From contig JAQBUT010000013.1 in NCBI GenBank assembly GCA_027623195.1, forward strand, positions 23,062-87,061: a stretch of DNA of 64,000 bases. The letters are read 5' to 3'. The translations under genes and the position numbers were made by a program. Below the pieces are notes generated by a model, which was not told the origin of the DNA, did not search any database, and saw only the letters and a list, made by a program, of their open reading frames with translations. Below are positions 17,913 to 27,699 of this stretch, piece after piece (within the stretch, counting starts at the first letter, position 1; every line of letters begins with the position of its first letter). Source of the stretch: Chloroflexota bacterium (GTDB lineage Bacteria > Chloroflexota > Dehalococcoidia > Lucifugimonadales > JADFKI01).

Positions 17913-19601
17913 CTATCGTCTTCGCCACCACACGAGCGCGCCAAGCACTAGCATCACCAGGGGCGGTACCACCCAACTGGACCACTTGATGAAGTTCCTA
18001 CCCCGACTGGTGACCACTAACTCTCTGTATGGGAACAGCTTTGGGCCTATTCCGATTAGATCGTAGTCTTCGGCCAGCCAGTTTACGGAGTTAAGAAACA
18101 GGTCCCCGTTGTCGCTACTGCTGAAGAAGAACTTGTTTTTAGCGAAATCCGAATCGCCGAATAGTACCATCTTGGCTTCGGAGTGCCGTTCCGATTCGTC
18201 TACAGTGCCGGATGCCTGGATAGCCATGATTATGCTAAACGGGCGTCGTACGTCCACATCCCCGTCGAAGTGAATGTTTTCAGGGTTTGGCTCCAACCAA
18301 CTGGCCCCAGTCGTGACGCCTAATGGCGCCAGTCTTAGGTAAGGCGGCATCTCCTCGACAGGTATCAGTGGCTCCAAGGATGCTGCGTCGGGGAAGAAGC
18401 TGACCCTAATCTGGTCCGTAATAGGAATGCCCTCGGACAGTGGAGAAGTGCTGGTGAAGTACTGTCCATAGTCCTTTTGAAGCAGAGGCGTTAGCTCTTG
18501 ACCTGCGACGTTGCTTACTGGATCGGCCACGCTGAAATTTCCGATGACGACCCCCCATTGCACGAATAGCTCAACGAAGGAACTTGGTGTGTTAGGGTCG
18601 AACAGCCCAATAATGCGCCCTCCCTCAGGATTATCGTCGGAACCTCCGTTCCGAATGTACTGGTTCAGGGCGTCTCGTTCCATCGGGTCGAGATCTTTTT
18701 GTGGGCCGGCGATTATTAGCACGGCGGCATTTTCAGGTACGCCGCCCGTTTCCAGCAGGCTTAACGGCGATACTCTGTAGTTGTCCCGCTGCAATCCCTG
18801 CAGCGCGAAGTCAAAACCGTTATCGGCGTCCCCAAGCTGGCCCGTTATTGAGTCTCTTGTGGGGCCCGCTTCGCCGTGGCCCGTTAAGTAGTAAATGGTC
18901 TTCTGTTCTTCGCCAGTGGCGATGAGAATACTGGTAACGAAGTCTTGCTCAGTGAAGGACTGTGTTGCCTGTTGAGTGCCATCACTCAGGTCCTCGAAGA
19001 CTATCACGGGATAGTTTACGACTCCGTACTGCTGCGCCACGCTTCGCTCCAGTTCGGGGTCGACGAACTCGAAACTGAAGTTGTTGCTTCGGCGGTCAAA
19101 TTCGTTCAGCAAATCTTCAACCTGCTGCTTGGTGGAGATCGTGCTGGCAGCAGTGGGAATGAAGAAGGCATGGGCCTTGACGCCCCCGTCCAGACCGTTC
19201 AGTATCCGTTGCGTGTCATCTGACAACGTGAAAACCCTGGTAGCCGTAACGTCTACCCTGGTAGGGGTTCGGAACAACAGAAAATTCACGAGCACGATGA
19301 TAACGAAGAAAGCGACTGTCATCACGATGACGTTGCCGCCGAACCTGCCCTGCCTTCCGCCCAAGAAAATTGCTATGGCACGTGGCGATAGAACCAGCGC
19401 CAGGAAAAGCAGAACCAGTCCTATTATTATGACGCTTAAAGAGAAGTCACGGGTCTCTTCGATGGTTAGGAAAAGGCCCCCGCCCACGACTAACCCAAGA
19501 ACACCTACGATTGCCGTGACGAAGCTCCAGAACCCTGTGGACTTGATAGAGCTTAGAAGGAACTCCCGTACGCTCTCTCCGCCCTGGTCTTGATTTACCA
19601 T
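17913..19601 (-). CDS. GldG-like ABC auxiliary component
   Basis: DVTATRVFTLS, FVDPE, YLTGHGE, IIAGPQKD, FGDSDF, N..LFLNSVNWL. Confidence 0.85.
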   Translation of the reverse strand: MVNQDQGGESVREFLLSSIKSTGFWSFVTAIVGVLGLVVGGGLFLTIEETRDFSLSVIIIGLVLLFLALVLSPRAIAIFLGGRQGRFGGNVIVMTVAFFVIIVLVNFLLFRTPTRVDVTATRVFTLSDDTQRILNGLDGGVKAHAFFIPTAASTISTKQQVEDLLNEFDRRSNNFSFEFVDPELERSVAQQYGVVNYPVIVFEDLSDGTQQATQSFTEQDFVTSILIATGEEQKTIYYLTGHGEAGPTRDSITGQLGDADNGFDFALQGLQRDNYRVSPLSLLETGGVPENAAVLIIAGPQKDLDPMERDALNQYIRNGGSDDNPEGGRIIGLFDPNTPSSFVELFVQWGVVIGNFSVADPVSNVAGQELTPLLQKDYGQYFTSTSPLSEGIPITDQIRVSFFPDAASLEPLIPVEEMPPYLRLAPLGVTTGASWLEPNPENIHFDGDVDVRRPFSIIMAIQASGTVDESERHSEAKMVLFGDSDFAKNKFFFSSSDNGDLFLNSVNWLAEDYDLIGIGPKLFPYRELVVTSRGRNFIKWSSWVVPPLVMLVLGALVWWRRR

Positions 19602-19602
19602 A

Positions 19603-20316
19603 TTACCGCCACCTACGGGCTTCTAAAGATCGCACCGTGATGAACAGGAATACAACCACAATGCTTAAGTAATAGACGACATGGCTAGAGTCCAAGACGC
19701 CTCGAGAGAAGTCATCGAAGTGAGCGTCCATGGATAAGCCTGATATCACGTCTGCTCCCACGCCCTGAAGTAAAACGCCGATCCTGTTTATGTTGGCTAA
19801 CATGAGCAGGATACCGATTCCTACCACCGCCGCGACAATCTGGTTGCCGGAAAGCGAAGAGGCCATGATGCCTATGGCCAAGGCGGCGGCTCCGTAGAGG
19901 AAAAGACCGAGGTATGCGCTGACAAGTGGCCCGATGTCAGGGTCGCCGAACACGAACAACATCAGCACGTAATACAGGGTAAACGATAGCGTTACCCCCA
20001 GTGTGACCAGGCTGGCCAGGTACTTGCCGATCACTACCTCCCAGTCTCTCACTGGTGAGGTGAGCAGCAGCTCCAATGTACCCAGCTTTTGCTCCTCGGC
20101 CAGCAGGCGCATCGTGAGCAGCGGCGCCAGGAAAACGATGAAGAGTGTTGCCCAGTTTATGTACCCGCGGACGCTGGCCTCAGCGAATGGGCGGGTGATG
20201 TCGAATACGAAAAAGACTCCCGTGAGAACCAAAAACATGGCCCCGACTACGTACGCCGTCGGGGATGAGAAGTATGATCGAGTTTCTTTCCAGGCGATGA
20301 TGAAAGTGTTGTTCAA
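19603..20316 (-). CDS. ABC-2 permease (GldF-like)
   Basis: KETRSYFSSP, TMRLLAEEQKLGTLELLLTSP, GKY. Confidence 0.9.
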   Translation of the reverse strand: MNNTFIIAWKETRSYFSSPTAYVVGAMFLVLTGVFFVFDITRPFAEASVRGYINWATLFIVFLAPLLTMRLLAEEQKLGTLELLLTSPVRDWEVVIGKYLASLVTLGVTLSFTLYYVLMLFVFGDPDIGPLVSAYLGLFLYGAAALAIGIMASSLSGNQIVAAVVGIGILLMLANINRIGVLLQGVGADVISGLSMDAHFDDFSRGVLDSSHVVYYLSIVVVFLFITVRSLEARRWR

Positions 20317-21296
20317 CCCTGCTGCGCCTCCTCTTCAACTGCCCCGATAACGCCAGGTATTTGCTCCTCCGTGGTTACCTGAAGGAATATCTCCTCCAGC
20401 GTCATACCAACGGACTGCAAGCGTAAAAGCTCCCACCCGCCCGTTACAACGGCTGAAGCCAACCGCGAACGTAGTTCCAGATCAGGCAATAAGGACACGG
20501 CATAAGTGGTGTGTCCGCCGTTCTGGACGTAATGGTGGTCTACGTCGGTTACGCCTTCGACGGCGCTGATGGCGTCCGCGATTTCCTTGGACGGGCCCTT
20601 TACGTCTAGCTCAATCCTATCGACGCCACGCAATCGGGTGGCCAGCATTTCCGGCGTATCTTCCGCCACAATCTGGCCCTCATTGATAATGATTACGCGC
20701 TCGCAGATCATGCTCACTTCTGGCAGTATGTGCGTGCTTATGACTAGCGTATGTTCGCCGCCCAGGCTTTTGATTAGCTGCCGGGTTTCGACTACCTGGA
20801 TAGGGTCTATGCCTATCGTCGGCTCGTCCAGCACCAGAACGTCCGGCTCGTGCAATATTGCCTGCGCGATGCCCACCCGCTGCCGAAAGCCCTTGGACAG
20901 CTTTCCTATGTGAGTATTCCGGTACACGCCCAGGTTTACTATGTCGATGACTTCGTTAATTCGACGGGCAACATAATTCGATGACATTCCGCGTATGCGC
21001 CCCATGAACTTAAGGTAGTCCGTTACCTCCATGTCTGTGTACAGAGGCACCGTCTCCGGAAGGTAACCAATATGCCTTCGTGCCTCCAGCGAGTCGGACA
21101 CGATGTCGCTACCAGCGATACGCACCGTTCCACTGGACGGCGGCAGGAATCCCGTCAGCATCTTCATGGTCGTGGACTTTCCGGCGCCGTTGGGACCGAG
21201 AAAACCGAGAATCTCTCCCTTGCCAACACTGAAGGAAATGTCCGTCACTGCGGGGAAGTCACCGTAGTATTTACTTACGTGTTCAATTTCGATCAT
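20313..21296 (-). CDS. ABC transporter ATP-binding protein (GldA-like)
   Basis: GPNGAGKST, LSKGFRQRVG, LDEPT, STH. Confidence 0.93.
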   Translation of the reverse strand: MIEIEHVSKYYGDFPAVTDISFSVGKGEILGFLGPNGAGKSTTMKMLTGFLPPSSGTVRIAGSDIVSDSLEARRHIGYLPETVPLYTDMEVTDYLKFMGRIRGMSSNYVARRINEVIDIVNLGVYRNTHIGKLSKGFRQRVGIAQAILHEPDVLVLDEPTIGIDPIQVVETRQLIKSLGGEHTLVISTHILPEVSMICERVIIINEGQIVAEDTPEMLATRLRGVDRIELDVKGPSKEIADAISAVEGVTDVDHHYVQNGGHTTYAVSLLPDLELRSRLASAVVTGGWELLRLQSVGMTLEEIFLQVTTEEQIPGVIGAVEEEAQQG

Positions 21297-21545
21297 GGCC
21301 TATACATCCAATCGTAGGAATTTTTCCTTCGATTTAGCCCTTTATACGTCGTTAGCTTGCGTTAAGATATCAAGAAAATTATCAGCCTTGTTCCAATACT
21401 TCAACCAATCTCCACGGCTGTGTCAAGGCGTTTGCTTGAGGATTCTATACCATGTGGGTGGAGGGTATCAACTCTATATTGTGCGAAACCTCATGGGGTG
21501 ATAATCTTATTTGAATGTTGGTTGGAATACAGGAGGCAGACCTTA

Positions 21546-21968
21546 GTGCATCTGGTAGTTGATGGCTACGGAGCGGATCCGGCGAAGCTCAAAGACGAAG
21601 ACCTTATATATCATTTTCTGGATGACTATCCCACTGCCATCGGCATGACCAAGATCGTCCCTCCACAGGTGTACACGTACCATGGTCAGACTCCGGAGGA
21701 CTGGGGTGTGTCCGGCTTCGTTCTCATAGCGGAAAGCCACATCAGTGTCCACACCTTTCCAGACAAGGGCTACATCAACATAGACATATTCTCCTGTAAA
21801 GAGTTCGACGCCAACTCCTCGTTGGAAGATGTGAAGAGCACCTTCTCCCTGCCCGAAGCCAACGTTTGGACATTGGATCGCGGGCTGGAGTTCACCCAAC
21901 CTCGCGAGGCTTATAACGGAATGGTCCGCGAAAGGGTAGGGCTGACCCGCAGCGCTCCTACACCCTAA
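21546..21968 (+). CDS. speD: Pyruvoyl-dependent decarboxylase of the class 1B AdoMetDC (SpeD/SpeH) family
   Basis: GVSGFVLIAESHISVHTFP autocleavage motif, DIFSC; AGGAGG RBS before GTG 21546. Confidence 0.82.
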   Translation: MHLVVDGYGADPAKLKDEDLIYHFLDDYPTAIGMTKIVPPQVYTYHGQTPEDWGVSGFVLIAESHISVHTFPDKGYINIDIFSCKEFDANSSLEDVKSTFSLPEANVWTLDRGLEFTQPREAYNGMVRERVGLTRSAPTP

Positions 21969-21989
21969 CTGGATTCTGACGGGGGCCAA

Positions 21990-22892
21990 ATGCCTGATAA
22001 AACCTATGATTGGCTGGGCGACGTTCCCCTTCAATGGAACACCTTCCTCGATACTCCTCCTGAGGAGTCAGACCCCGACGAAGCCTTGGTGTTCGTTATC
22101 CCCGTCCCCTATGACAGCACAACATCCTATAAGGGGGGAGCCAGAGAAGGTCCTCGTGCAATCATCGAAGCCTCCAGGCATCTGGAAGACCTGGATCTCG
22201 AATTGGGGCGGGACATCTCTAGCGTCGGAATACATACCACCCCGGCATTAGCGCCAGACGTAGGCGGGCCAGAGGCCATGATCGCCAACGTGCGCAAGGC
22301 GGTCCGGCATGCAGCAGGCCAAGGAAAGCTAGTGGCTTTGCTCGGGGGCGAGCATACCATTAGTGTTGGGGCTGTGCAGGCTCTGGCAGAAGTGCATTCT
22401 GACCTCTCGGTGCTCTACCTGGATGCCCACGCCGACATGCGGGATACTTACATGGGAAGCCGATGGGGTCACGCCTCTGTGGCCAGGCGGGTATGCGAGG
22501 TTTCGCCACTCGTATTGGTGGGTGTTCGCAGCGCATGCGCGGAAGAAATTTCCTTCATAGAGAAGGAAGACCTCCCGGTGTTCTTCTGGCCAGGTTCTCT
22601 CTCTGATAAGACCGATCTGGCGAATGTTGTCACGGAACTCCTGTCACCTAACGTATACATCAGCGTGGATCTGGATGTCTTCGATCCCTCCGAGGTGGCT
22701 GCGGTGGGAACGCCTGAGCCGGGTGGCATGCATTGGGAAGAGGTCACAAATCTTCTCAACGCCGTTGGCCTGCGTCGCAACATTGTGGGCTTTGACATCG
22801 TAGAGCTAAGCCCTTCACTGGGTCCGGAGGCGGGGGCGTATGCCGCAGCCAAGCTGGCGTACAAGCTGATAGGCTATGCGACCGGCAAGTGA
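21990..22892 (+). CDS. speB: Agmatinase
   Basis: PYDSTTSY, GGEHT, LDAHAD, SVDLDVFDP, GTPEPGG, DIVEL. Confidence 0.92.
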   Translation: MPDKTYDWLGDVPLQWNTFLDTPPEESDPDEALVFVIPVPYDSTTSYKGGAREGPRAIIEASRHLEDLDLELGRDISSVGIHTTPALAPDVGGPEAMIANVRKAVRHAAGQGKLVALLGGEHTISVGAVQALAEVHSDLSVLYLDAHADMRDTYMGSRWGHASVARRVCEVSPLVLVGVRSACAEEISFIEKEDLPVFFWPGSLSDKTDLANVVTELLSPNVYISVDLDVFDPSEVAAVGTPEPGGMHWEEVTNLLNAVGLRRNIVGFDIVELSPSLGPEAGAYAAAKLAYKLIGYATGK

Positions 22893-23039
22893 TTTATTTG
22901 GTATGCGGCGGTGTTCGCCCTTCATAAAAGATGCGATTTGTAAATGCGAACTGCTCGGTCAAAGCTAAATATTGCCATTTTGGTTGGCTAGCCTATGCCG
23001 TGATAAAATAAGGTACTATTTCTCACAGGGAGACTATTT

Positions 23040-24233
23040 ATGACCGCATCCGGTAAGCTAATTTACCTGGACCACTCTGCCACCACTCCGGTACGTGAGG
23101 AAGTGCTGGATGCGATGATGCCTTACTTCTCCGCCAGCTACGGCAACCCTTCCAGCATTTACACTCTGGCTCAGGACGCGCGCAAGGCCGCCGACGATGC
23201 GCGAGAGACTGTGGCACGTATTCTCGGGGCGCGAATGAGCGAGATAGTGTTCACCAGCGGCGGGACGGAGTCGGATAACGCTGCCCTCAAGGGCGTTGCA
23301 TTTGCGTTGAAGCACCTGGGCAACCACATCATCACCTCCAGCATTGAGCACCATGCGGTGTTGCATAGCTGCCATCAGCTAGAGCAGTTTGGCTTTGAAG
23401 TTACCTACCTTCCCGTGGATGAGTTCGGCCTCGTTGACCCTGAAGGTGTGCGGCAGGCCATAACGGATCAGACGGTACTCGTCAGCGTGATGCTGGCCAA
23501 TAACGAGATCGGGACCATCGAGCCGGTTGCGGAGATTGCCAGGGTCGTCAAGAAAGAAGCCAAGATCCGCAAGCAGACCATAATGGTGCATACAGACGCG
23601 GTGCAGGGAGCGGGGTATCTGGACCTTAATGTGAAGACGTTGGGCGTAGACCTCATGAGTCTTTCGGCTCACAAGTTCTACGGTCCTAAAGGCGTGGGGG
23701 TGCTATACATTAAGCGCGGCACTCCATTCGAGCCGCAGAGCATGGGTGGGGGGCAGGAACGACAGCGAAGGTCAGGAACGGAAAACGTGCCCGGCATTGT
23801 TGGACTGGCTGAGGCCCTCAGGCTGGCGGACGAGGAAAGGGAAGTGGTTTCGCAGCGTTGCATTCGCCTGCGGGACACCATGATTGAGGCCATAAAGGAA
23901 AAGGTAAAAAAGGTCCATTTGAACGGGCATCCAACTCAAAGGCTTCCAAATAACGTCAATATGTCTTTCGAAAATGTTGAGGGAGAGCCTATACTCTTGG
24001 GGCTGGACTTCTCAGGAATATACGCTTCAAGTGGAAGCGCATGCTCATCAGCATCGCTGGAACCTTCTCACGTGCTGCTAGCAATTGGAAGGCAGGCAGA
24101 TCTCGCGCAGGGTAGCCTTCGTTTAACCCTGGGCCGTGAGACGACTGATGAAGACGTTGAGTTCGTCCTGTCAGTGCTTCCCGGCCTGGTGGCGAGATTG
24201 AGGGCTATGCCCTCTCTATCAGCAATAGAATAA
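23040..24233 (+). CDS. iscS: Cysteine desulfurase (IscS/NifS group I)
   Basis: [39 protein letters not shown]. Confidence 0.93.
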   Translation: MTASGKLIYLDHSATTPVREEVLDAMMPYFSASYGNPSSIYTLAQDARKAADDARETVARILGARMSEIVFTSGGTESDNAALKGVAFALKHLGNHIITSSIEHHAVLHSCHQLEQFGFEVTYLPVDEFGLVDPEGVRQAITDQTVLVSVMLANNEIGTIEPVAEIARVVKKEAKIRKQTIMVHTDAVQGAGYLDLNVKTLGVDLMSLSAHKFYGPKGVGVLYIKRGTPFEPQSMGGGQERQRRSGTENVPGIVGLAEALRLADEEREVVSQRCIRLRDTMIEAIKEKVKKVHLNGHPTQRLPNNVNMSFENVEGEPILLGLDFSGIYASSGSACSSASLEPSHVLLAIGRQADLAQGSLRLTLGRETTDEDVEFVLSVLPGLVARLRAMPSLSAIE

Positions 24234-24256
24234 ATCGGACGGTCAGAGTTAACAGA

Positions 24257-24853
24257 ATGGGAATTTTCCCGACACCTAAAACGGTATCAATACTATCCAG
24301 GCAGGCTCCATTTACGACCGCAATTAAACTGACCTTCCTTTTATCGATGCTGCTGACTGTATTCGCGCTGACTGGCTGCGGGGAGAAATCCGACCTGGTT
24401 GTTGTTGTAGGTCGCAGTCTGGAGTTGCACGCCACCCCGCCTGAGATAGTCGAAAAGGTGGCCTTTCGAGATACTACCGGAGCACACAGGATCATTCGGC
24501 CCCGAGCCTCTAATCGCCAGCTTGCCGTGGTAAAGCTAACCGTCGTGAACAGGACGGCGCTTGTCACCTCTCTTGTTATAGACGGAGAGGCCGCGAAGCT
24601 GGGAGACCGTCGCGGGGAACGCATCGAAGCGATAGACCCTTTTGCGGACTCCAGTCCAGCCGACGGCGCGACGCCCGAAGAGGATTTGTACGCACCTTTC
24701 CTTCGGGGCGAGGTAGAGCTGGATAGGAATTTCCAGGTGGAAGGTTACATTGTGTTCGACGTCCCTAAGGGACTGATACTTGGCAGCCTTTTTTGGGACG
24801 AGGTCGACGCTATAGTAGTTGATTTCGTGGACTACTCCAGCCGACGGCCCTAG
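24257..24853 (+). CDS. Hypothetical lipoprotein (Ig-like, DUF4352-like)
   Basis: Hydrophobic signal ending in ALTGC lipobox; GYIVFDVPKG. Confidence 0.6.
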   Translation: MGIFPTPKTVSILSRQAPFTTAIKLTFLLSMLLTVFALTGCGEKSDLVVVVGRSLELHATPPEIVEKVAFRDTTGAHRIIRPRASNRQLAVVKLTVVNRTALVTSLVIDGEAAKLGDRRGERIEAIDPFADSSPADGATPEEDLYAPFLRGEVELDRNFQVEGYIVFDVPKGLILGSLFWDEVDAIVVDFVDYSSRRP

Positions 24854-25031
24854 GCGCTGTTGCGCCCCCGCCTGAAGCTTGGAACATTACCCCAGCCGCC
24901 GCATATTTCGTGCTATTCGACACGCCACCGTTTGCCCCGGAATCCCCTTTATATTATGCGCATCTAAACTTATGCACGGAAACAAAATTCCGTAATAACT
25001 TATCTGATAGAACAGTGAGGAATTGATTTAG

Positions 25032-25358
25032 ATGGCGCATCCTATAAACATTAACGACAACAGTTTTCAGCAAGAAGTCTTGGATTCCGACCAGCCGGTG
25101 CTGGTGGATTTCTGGGCAGAGTGGTGCGGACCATGTAAGTTGATCGCGCCTCTGGTGGATGAACTGGCCCAGGAGTACGACGGCAAGGTAAAGTTTGCCA
25201 AGGTAAACGTTGACGACAATCCCAAGACAGCCATGGAGTACGGCATCAGGGGCATACCCACGATGCTCATATTCAAGGGCGGACGGCCTGTGAAGCAGGT
25301 GGTCGGAGCGGTAGCCAAGTCGGTGCTGCAGGAGAGCCTGGAAGAGGCCACAGCCTAA
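25032..25358 (+). CDS. trxA: Thioredoxin
   Basis: [16 protein letters not shown]. Confidence 0.97.
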   Translation: MAHPININDNSFQQEVLDSDQPVLVDFWAEWCGPCKLIAPLVDELAQEYDGKVKFAKVNVDDNPKTAMEYGIRGIPTMLIFKGGRPVKQVVGAVAKSVLQESLEEATA

Positions 25359-25405
25359 GGACCAAATCCAGATGGCCGGCAAGTCCTCGCCCAAGCAGGG
25401 GAGGC

Positions 25406-25433
25406 TTGCTTTAATTAACCAAAACATTATAAT
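25406..25433 (+). promoter_or_regulatory. Promoter for tRNA-Sec
   Basis: TTGCTT-16-TATAAT. Confidence 0.65.
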
Positions 25434-25521
25434 TTAGTGGGGCGTTCGTGAGAGCGCCTCGCTTGTTGTCAGTAGCGTGTGCGGTAACAAACGGTCGGCG
25501 CGCTGCAAGACATCACAATGC

Positions 25522-25619
25522 GGGGGCGAATGCGCTCCGGTGGGTACCACGGACTTCAAATCCGATGGTCCGGGCCCTGCGGTTCGGACGGTGGGTTCGA
25601 CTCCCTCTCGCTCCCGCCA
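25522..25619 (+). tRNA. selC: tRNA-Sec (anticodon UCA)
   Basis: 8-bp acceptor GGGGGCGA/TCGCTCCC + G discriminator + CCA; loop CTTCAAA; 9-bp variable arm; TTCGACT T-loop. Confidence 0.92.
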
Positions 25620-25974
25620 ATAAGCCATGGTTACAGTGCGCCGTAAGCTTGTTGGATTCGTCTTCGGGCGAACACCTTCAGTAAGTGGCCCTGTCGTCTG
25701 CTACTACTTCTAGCAACGTCAGGAAGGTGGCAAGGTTTCTTAACTGCGGTCGCACCTGGAACATCCCATCCACCACTCCATCGTCATGGCGCACTAAGTT
25801 AGGTAACTCACCCCTCACGACTCCTACCCTCCTTCGTGTTTGCTCCGAAATCTCGGACGGTTGCCGCTGTTCTTTGCAAGCCGCGCTCTATTGTTACAAT
25901 GTGCCTCTCCATGGCGTATATAGGCGTATGTAAGGTTGGATTAACGGACGAGATGTAGTTTCTGAGGTAAAGCC

Positions 25975-26634
25975 ATGGAGAACGCTGTGGAGAAGCCAAA
26001 GCGAGCGCGGCATCATACCGGACCGCCACCTGGGCAGGTCTGGCGAACGGAAATGAAGACTGGACATCCTAGGGCCCTTCTTACCACCGTGCAGGGGACA
26101 TTAGAAGATGAAGGCTTTGCGGTGCCCGATGGCCCCGTATACTCCGACGAGGCGGCGCCTATTCGGGACACAAGTTACTTCACAGGAACCGTTACGGGTA
26201 TCATCGACAATAGAGTAATCAGATGGTGGATGGTTGCCGTTTCGATATTCCTGATTCCTGTGCTTATAGGAATTTGGCTACTGATAAGAGAATTTCGCTG
26301 GGAACGGACGAAAATTGAGCTTTCAGTAGAAGGCGAGACTTACTGGGCCGGTGCCACTGGCGAAGAAAGGTCTGAACAGTTCAGGAGCGAAATGGAAAGA
26401 TCAGGGGTCGTGAGCGATGTCAGGTGCAGGTTGACTATGCAGGTAGGCTACGCCATGGAAGAGGATGGCGTGAGGCAAAGCCTCAAGGGCAGGGCATGGC
26501 ACCCCGAAGAGCTAAGTCGTAACTTGGTAACGGCTATACAGAATCGGGTACCCAATCTTGTTCTGGAATCTCCTAATTCAACTCCTCAATTTATTGAAGC
26601 TGCAAATTCGTTGCCTCAGCTAGGTAGCGGTTGA
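25975..26634 (+). CDS. Hypothetical membrane protein
   Basis: 219-aa ORF, GAGG RBS, one central TM segment. Confidence 0.6.
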   Translation: MENAVEKPKRARHHTGPPPGQVWRTEMKTGHPRALLTTVQGTLEDEGFAVPDGPVYSDEAAPIRDTSYFTGTVTGIIDNRVIRWWMVAVSIFLIPVLIGIWLLIREFRWERTKIELSVEGETYWAGATGEERSEQFRSEMERSGVVSDVRCRLTMQVGYAMEEDGVRQSLKGRAWHPEELSRNLVTAIQNRVPNLVLESPNSTPQFIEAANSLPQLGSG

Positions 26635-26772
26635 GATTCTATTCCGACGATCGCCATGGCACTCCCGAAAGATAAGCTCTGACGCACAATGCCGCTTTCC
26701 AATCCGGGCTTGAAAATGCAAATGTCTCGTTAATAAACCCTCTTTTTAGGCCCCATATTTCGGATAATCAAT

Positions 26773-26796
26773 CCGACATATGACCCGACATATGAC
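26773..26796. repeat. Perfect tandem 12-mer CCGACATATGAC x2
   Basis: Directly visible; lies upstream of the SDR gene. Confidence 0.8.
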
Positions 26797-26840
26797 TGAC
26801 GAGACGAAGCTATTTGATATGACGGTACTTGGAGATCGAT

Positions 26841-27614
26841 TTGAGACTTGAAAACAAGGTTGCGCTGATCACCGGCGCGGCGTCTGGAATGGGCCGTGCT
26901 GCGGCGGAGTTATTTGCTGCCGAGGGCGCCAAGGTAGTCATGCTAGGCCGACGTCAGGCGCAGGGCGAGGAAGTTGCCGGAGTGATTACTGCCAACGGCG
27001 GGGACGCTATCTTCGTTCGCGCGGATATCTCAGTGGAAGATGACGTGCGCCGGGCCGTGGAAGCGGCTGTAGGCAAATACGGCAAGCTGGACGTTCTTTT
27101 TAACAACGCTGGGATCAATAAGACTGCCCAGGGACGGCCCGACGAAGAGCCCACCGATAGCTGGGACCAGATTATGGGAGTGAACCTTCGCGGGGCTTAC
27201 TTCTGTATCAAAAACGCAGTGCCGGAGATGCGGAAGGCAGGCGGCGGGTCAATCATCAACAACTCGTCGGTGCTGGATAGCCAGGCAGATGACAACTCGG
27301 CAGCCTCGTACCACGCCTCAAAGGGGGGACTCACCGCTTTGACGTTGAAATGCGCAGTCGTCTACGCCGAGGACAACATCAGGGCCAACTGCATTCAGCC
27401 AGGAGCCATTGCGACGGAGATGTCCAGAATTACCTGGGACAACCTTGACGATCCGGATCTGATAGAACGGCGAAGCAAGGCCCAGCCCTTGAAAAGAATG
27501 GGACACCCCATGGATGTCGCCTATGCGGCCCTCTATTTTGCTTCTGACGAATCGGCCTTCGTTACGGGCGCCACCCTGCTGGTGGACGGCGGGCAGAGCG
27601 CGTCTTACAGGTAG
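26841..27614 (+). CDS. Classical SDR oxidoreductase
   Basis: TGAASGMG, NNAG, YHASK, PGAIAT, VDGG. Confidence 0.93.
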   Translation: MRLENKVALITGAASGMGRAAAELFAAEGAKVVMLGRRQAQGEEVAGVITANGGDAIFVRADISVEDDVRRAVEAAVGKYGKLDVLFNNAGINKTAQGRPDEEPTDSWDQIMGVNLRGAYFCIKNAVPEMRKAGGGSIINNSSVLDSQADDNSAASYHASKGGLTALTLKCAVVYAEDNIRANCIQPGAIATEMSRITWDNLDDPDLIERRSKAQPLKRMGHPMDVAYAALYFASDESAFVTGATLLVDGGQSASYR

Positions 27615-27623
27615 GAAACACAC

Positions 27624-27660
27624 AAAAAAAATGAACGCCGTTCAAACGGCGTTCATTTTT
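27624..27660. terminator. Bidirectional terminator
   Basis: A-run + tgaacgccgt/acggcgttca + T-run between convergent genes. Confidence 0.88.
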
Positions 27661-27699
27661 GTACCCTTTAGGTCAGAACCTCTTGATTGGCCCCTTGTG

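Noticed and set aside
24935..24964. GATGCGCATAA-TATAAA on the minus strand resembling the XerC arm of dif
   Set aside because: The adjoining 11 bp do not resemble a XerD arm; more likely part of the trxA promoter.
25678..25912. Short minus-strand ORFs ending in TGA next to selC as selenoprotein candidates
   Set aside because: No recognisable redox motif, no convincing SECIS hairpin and weak coding signal.
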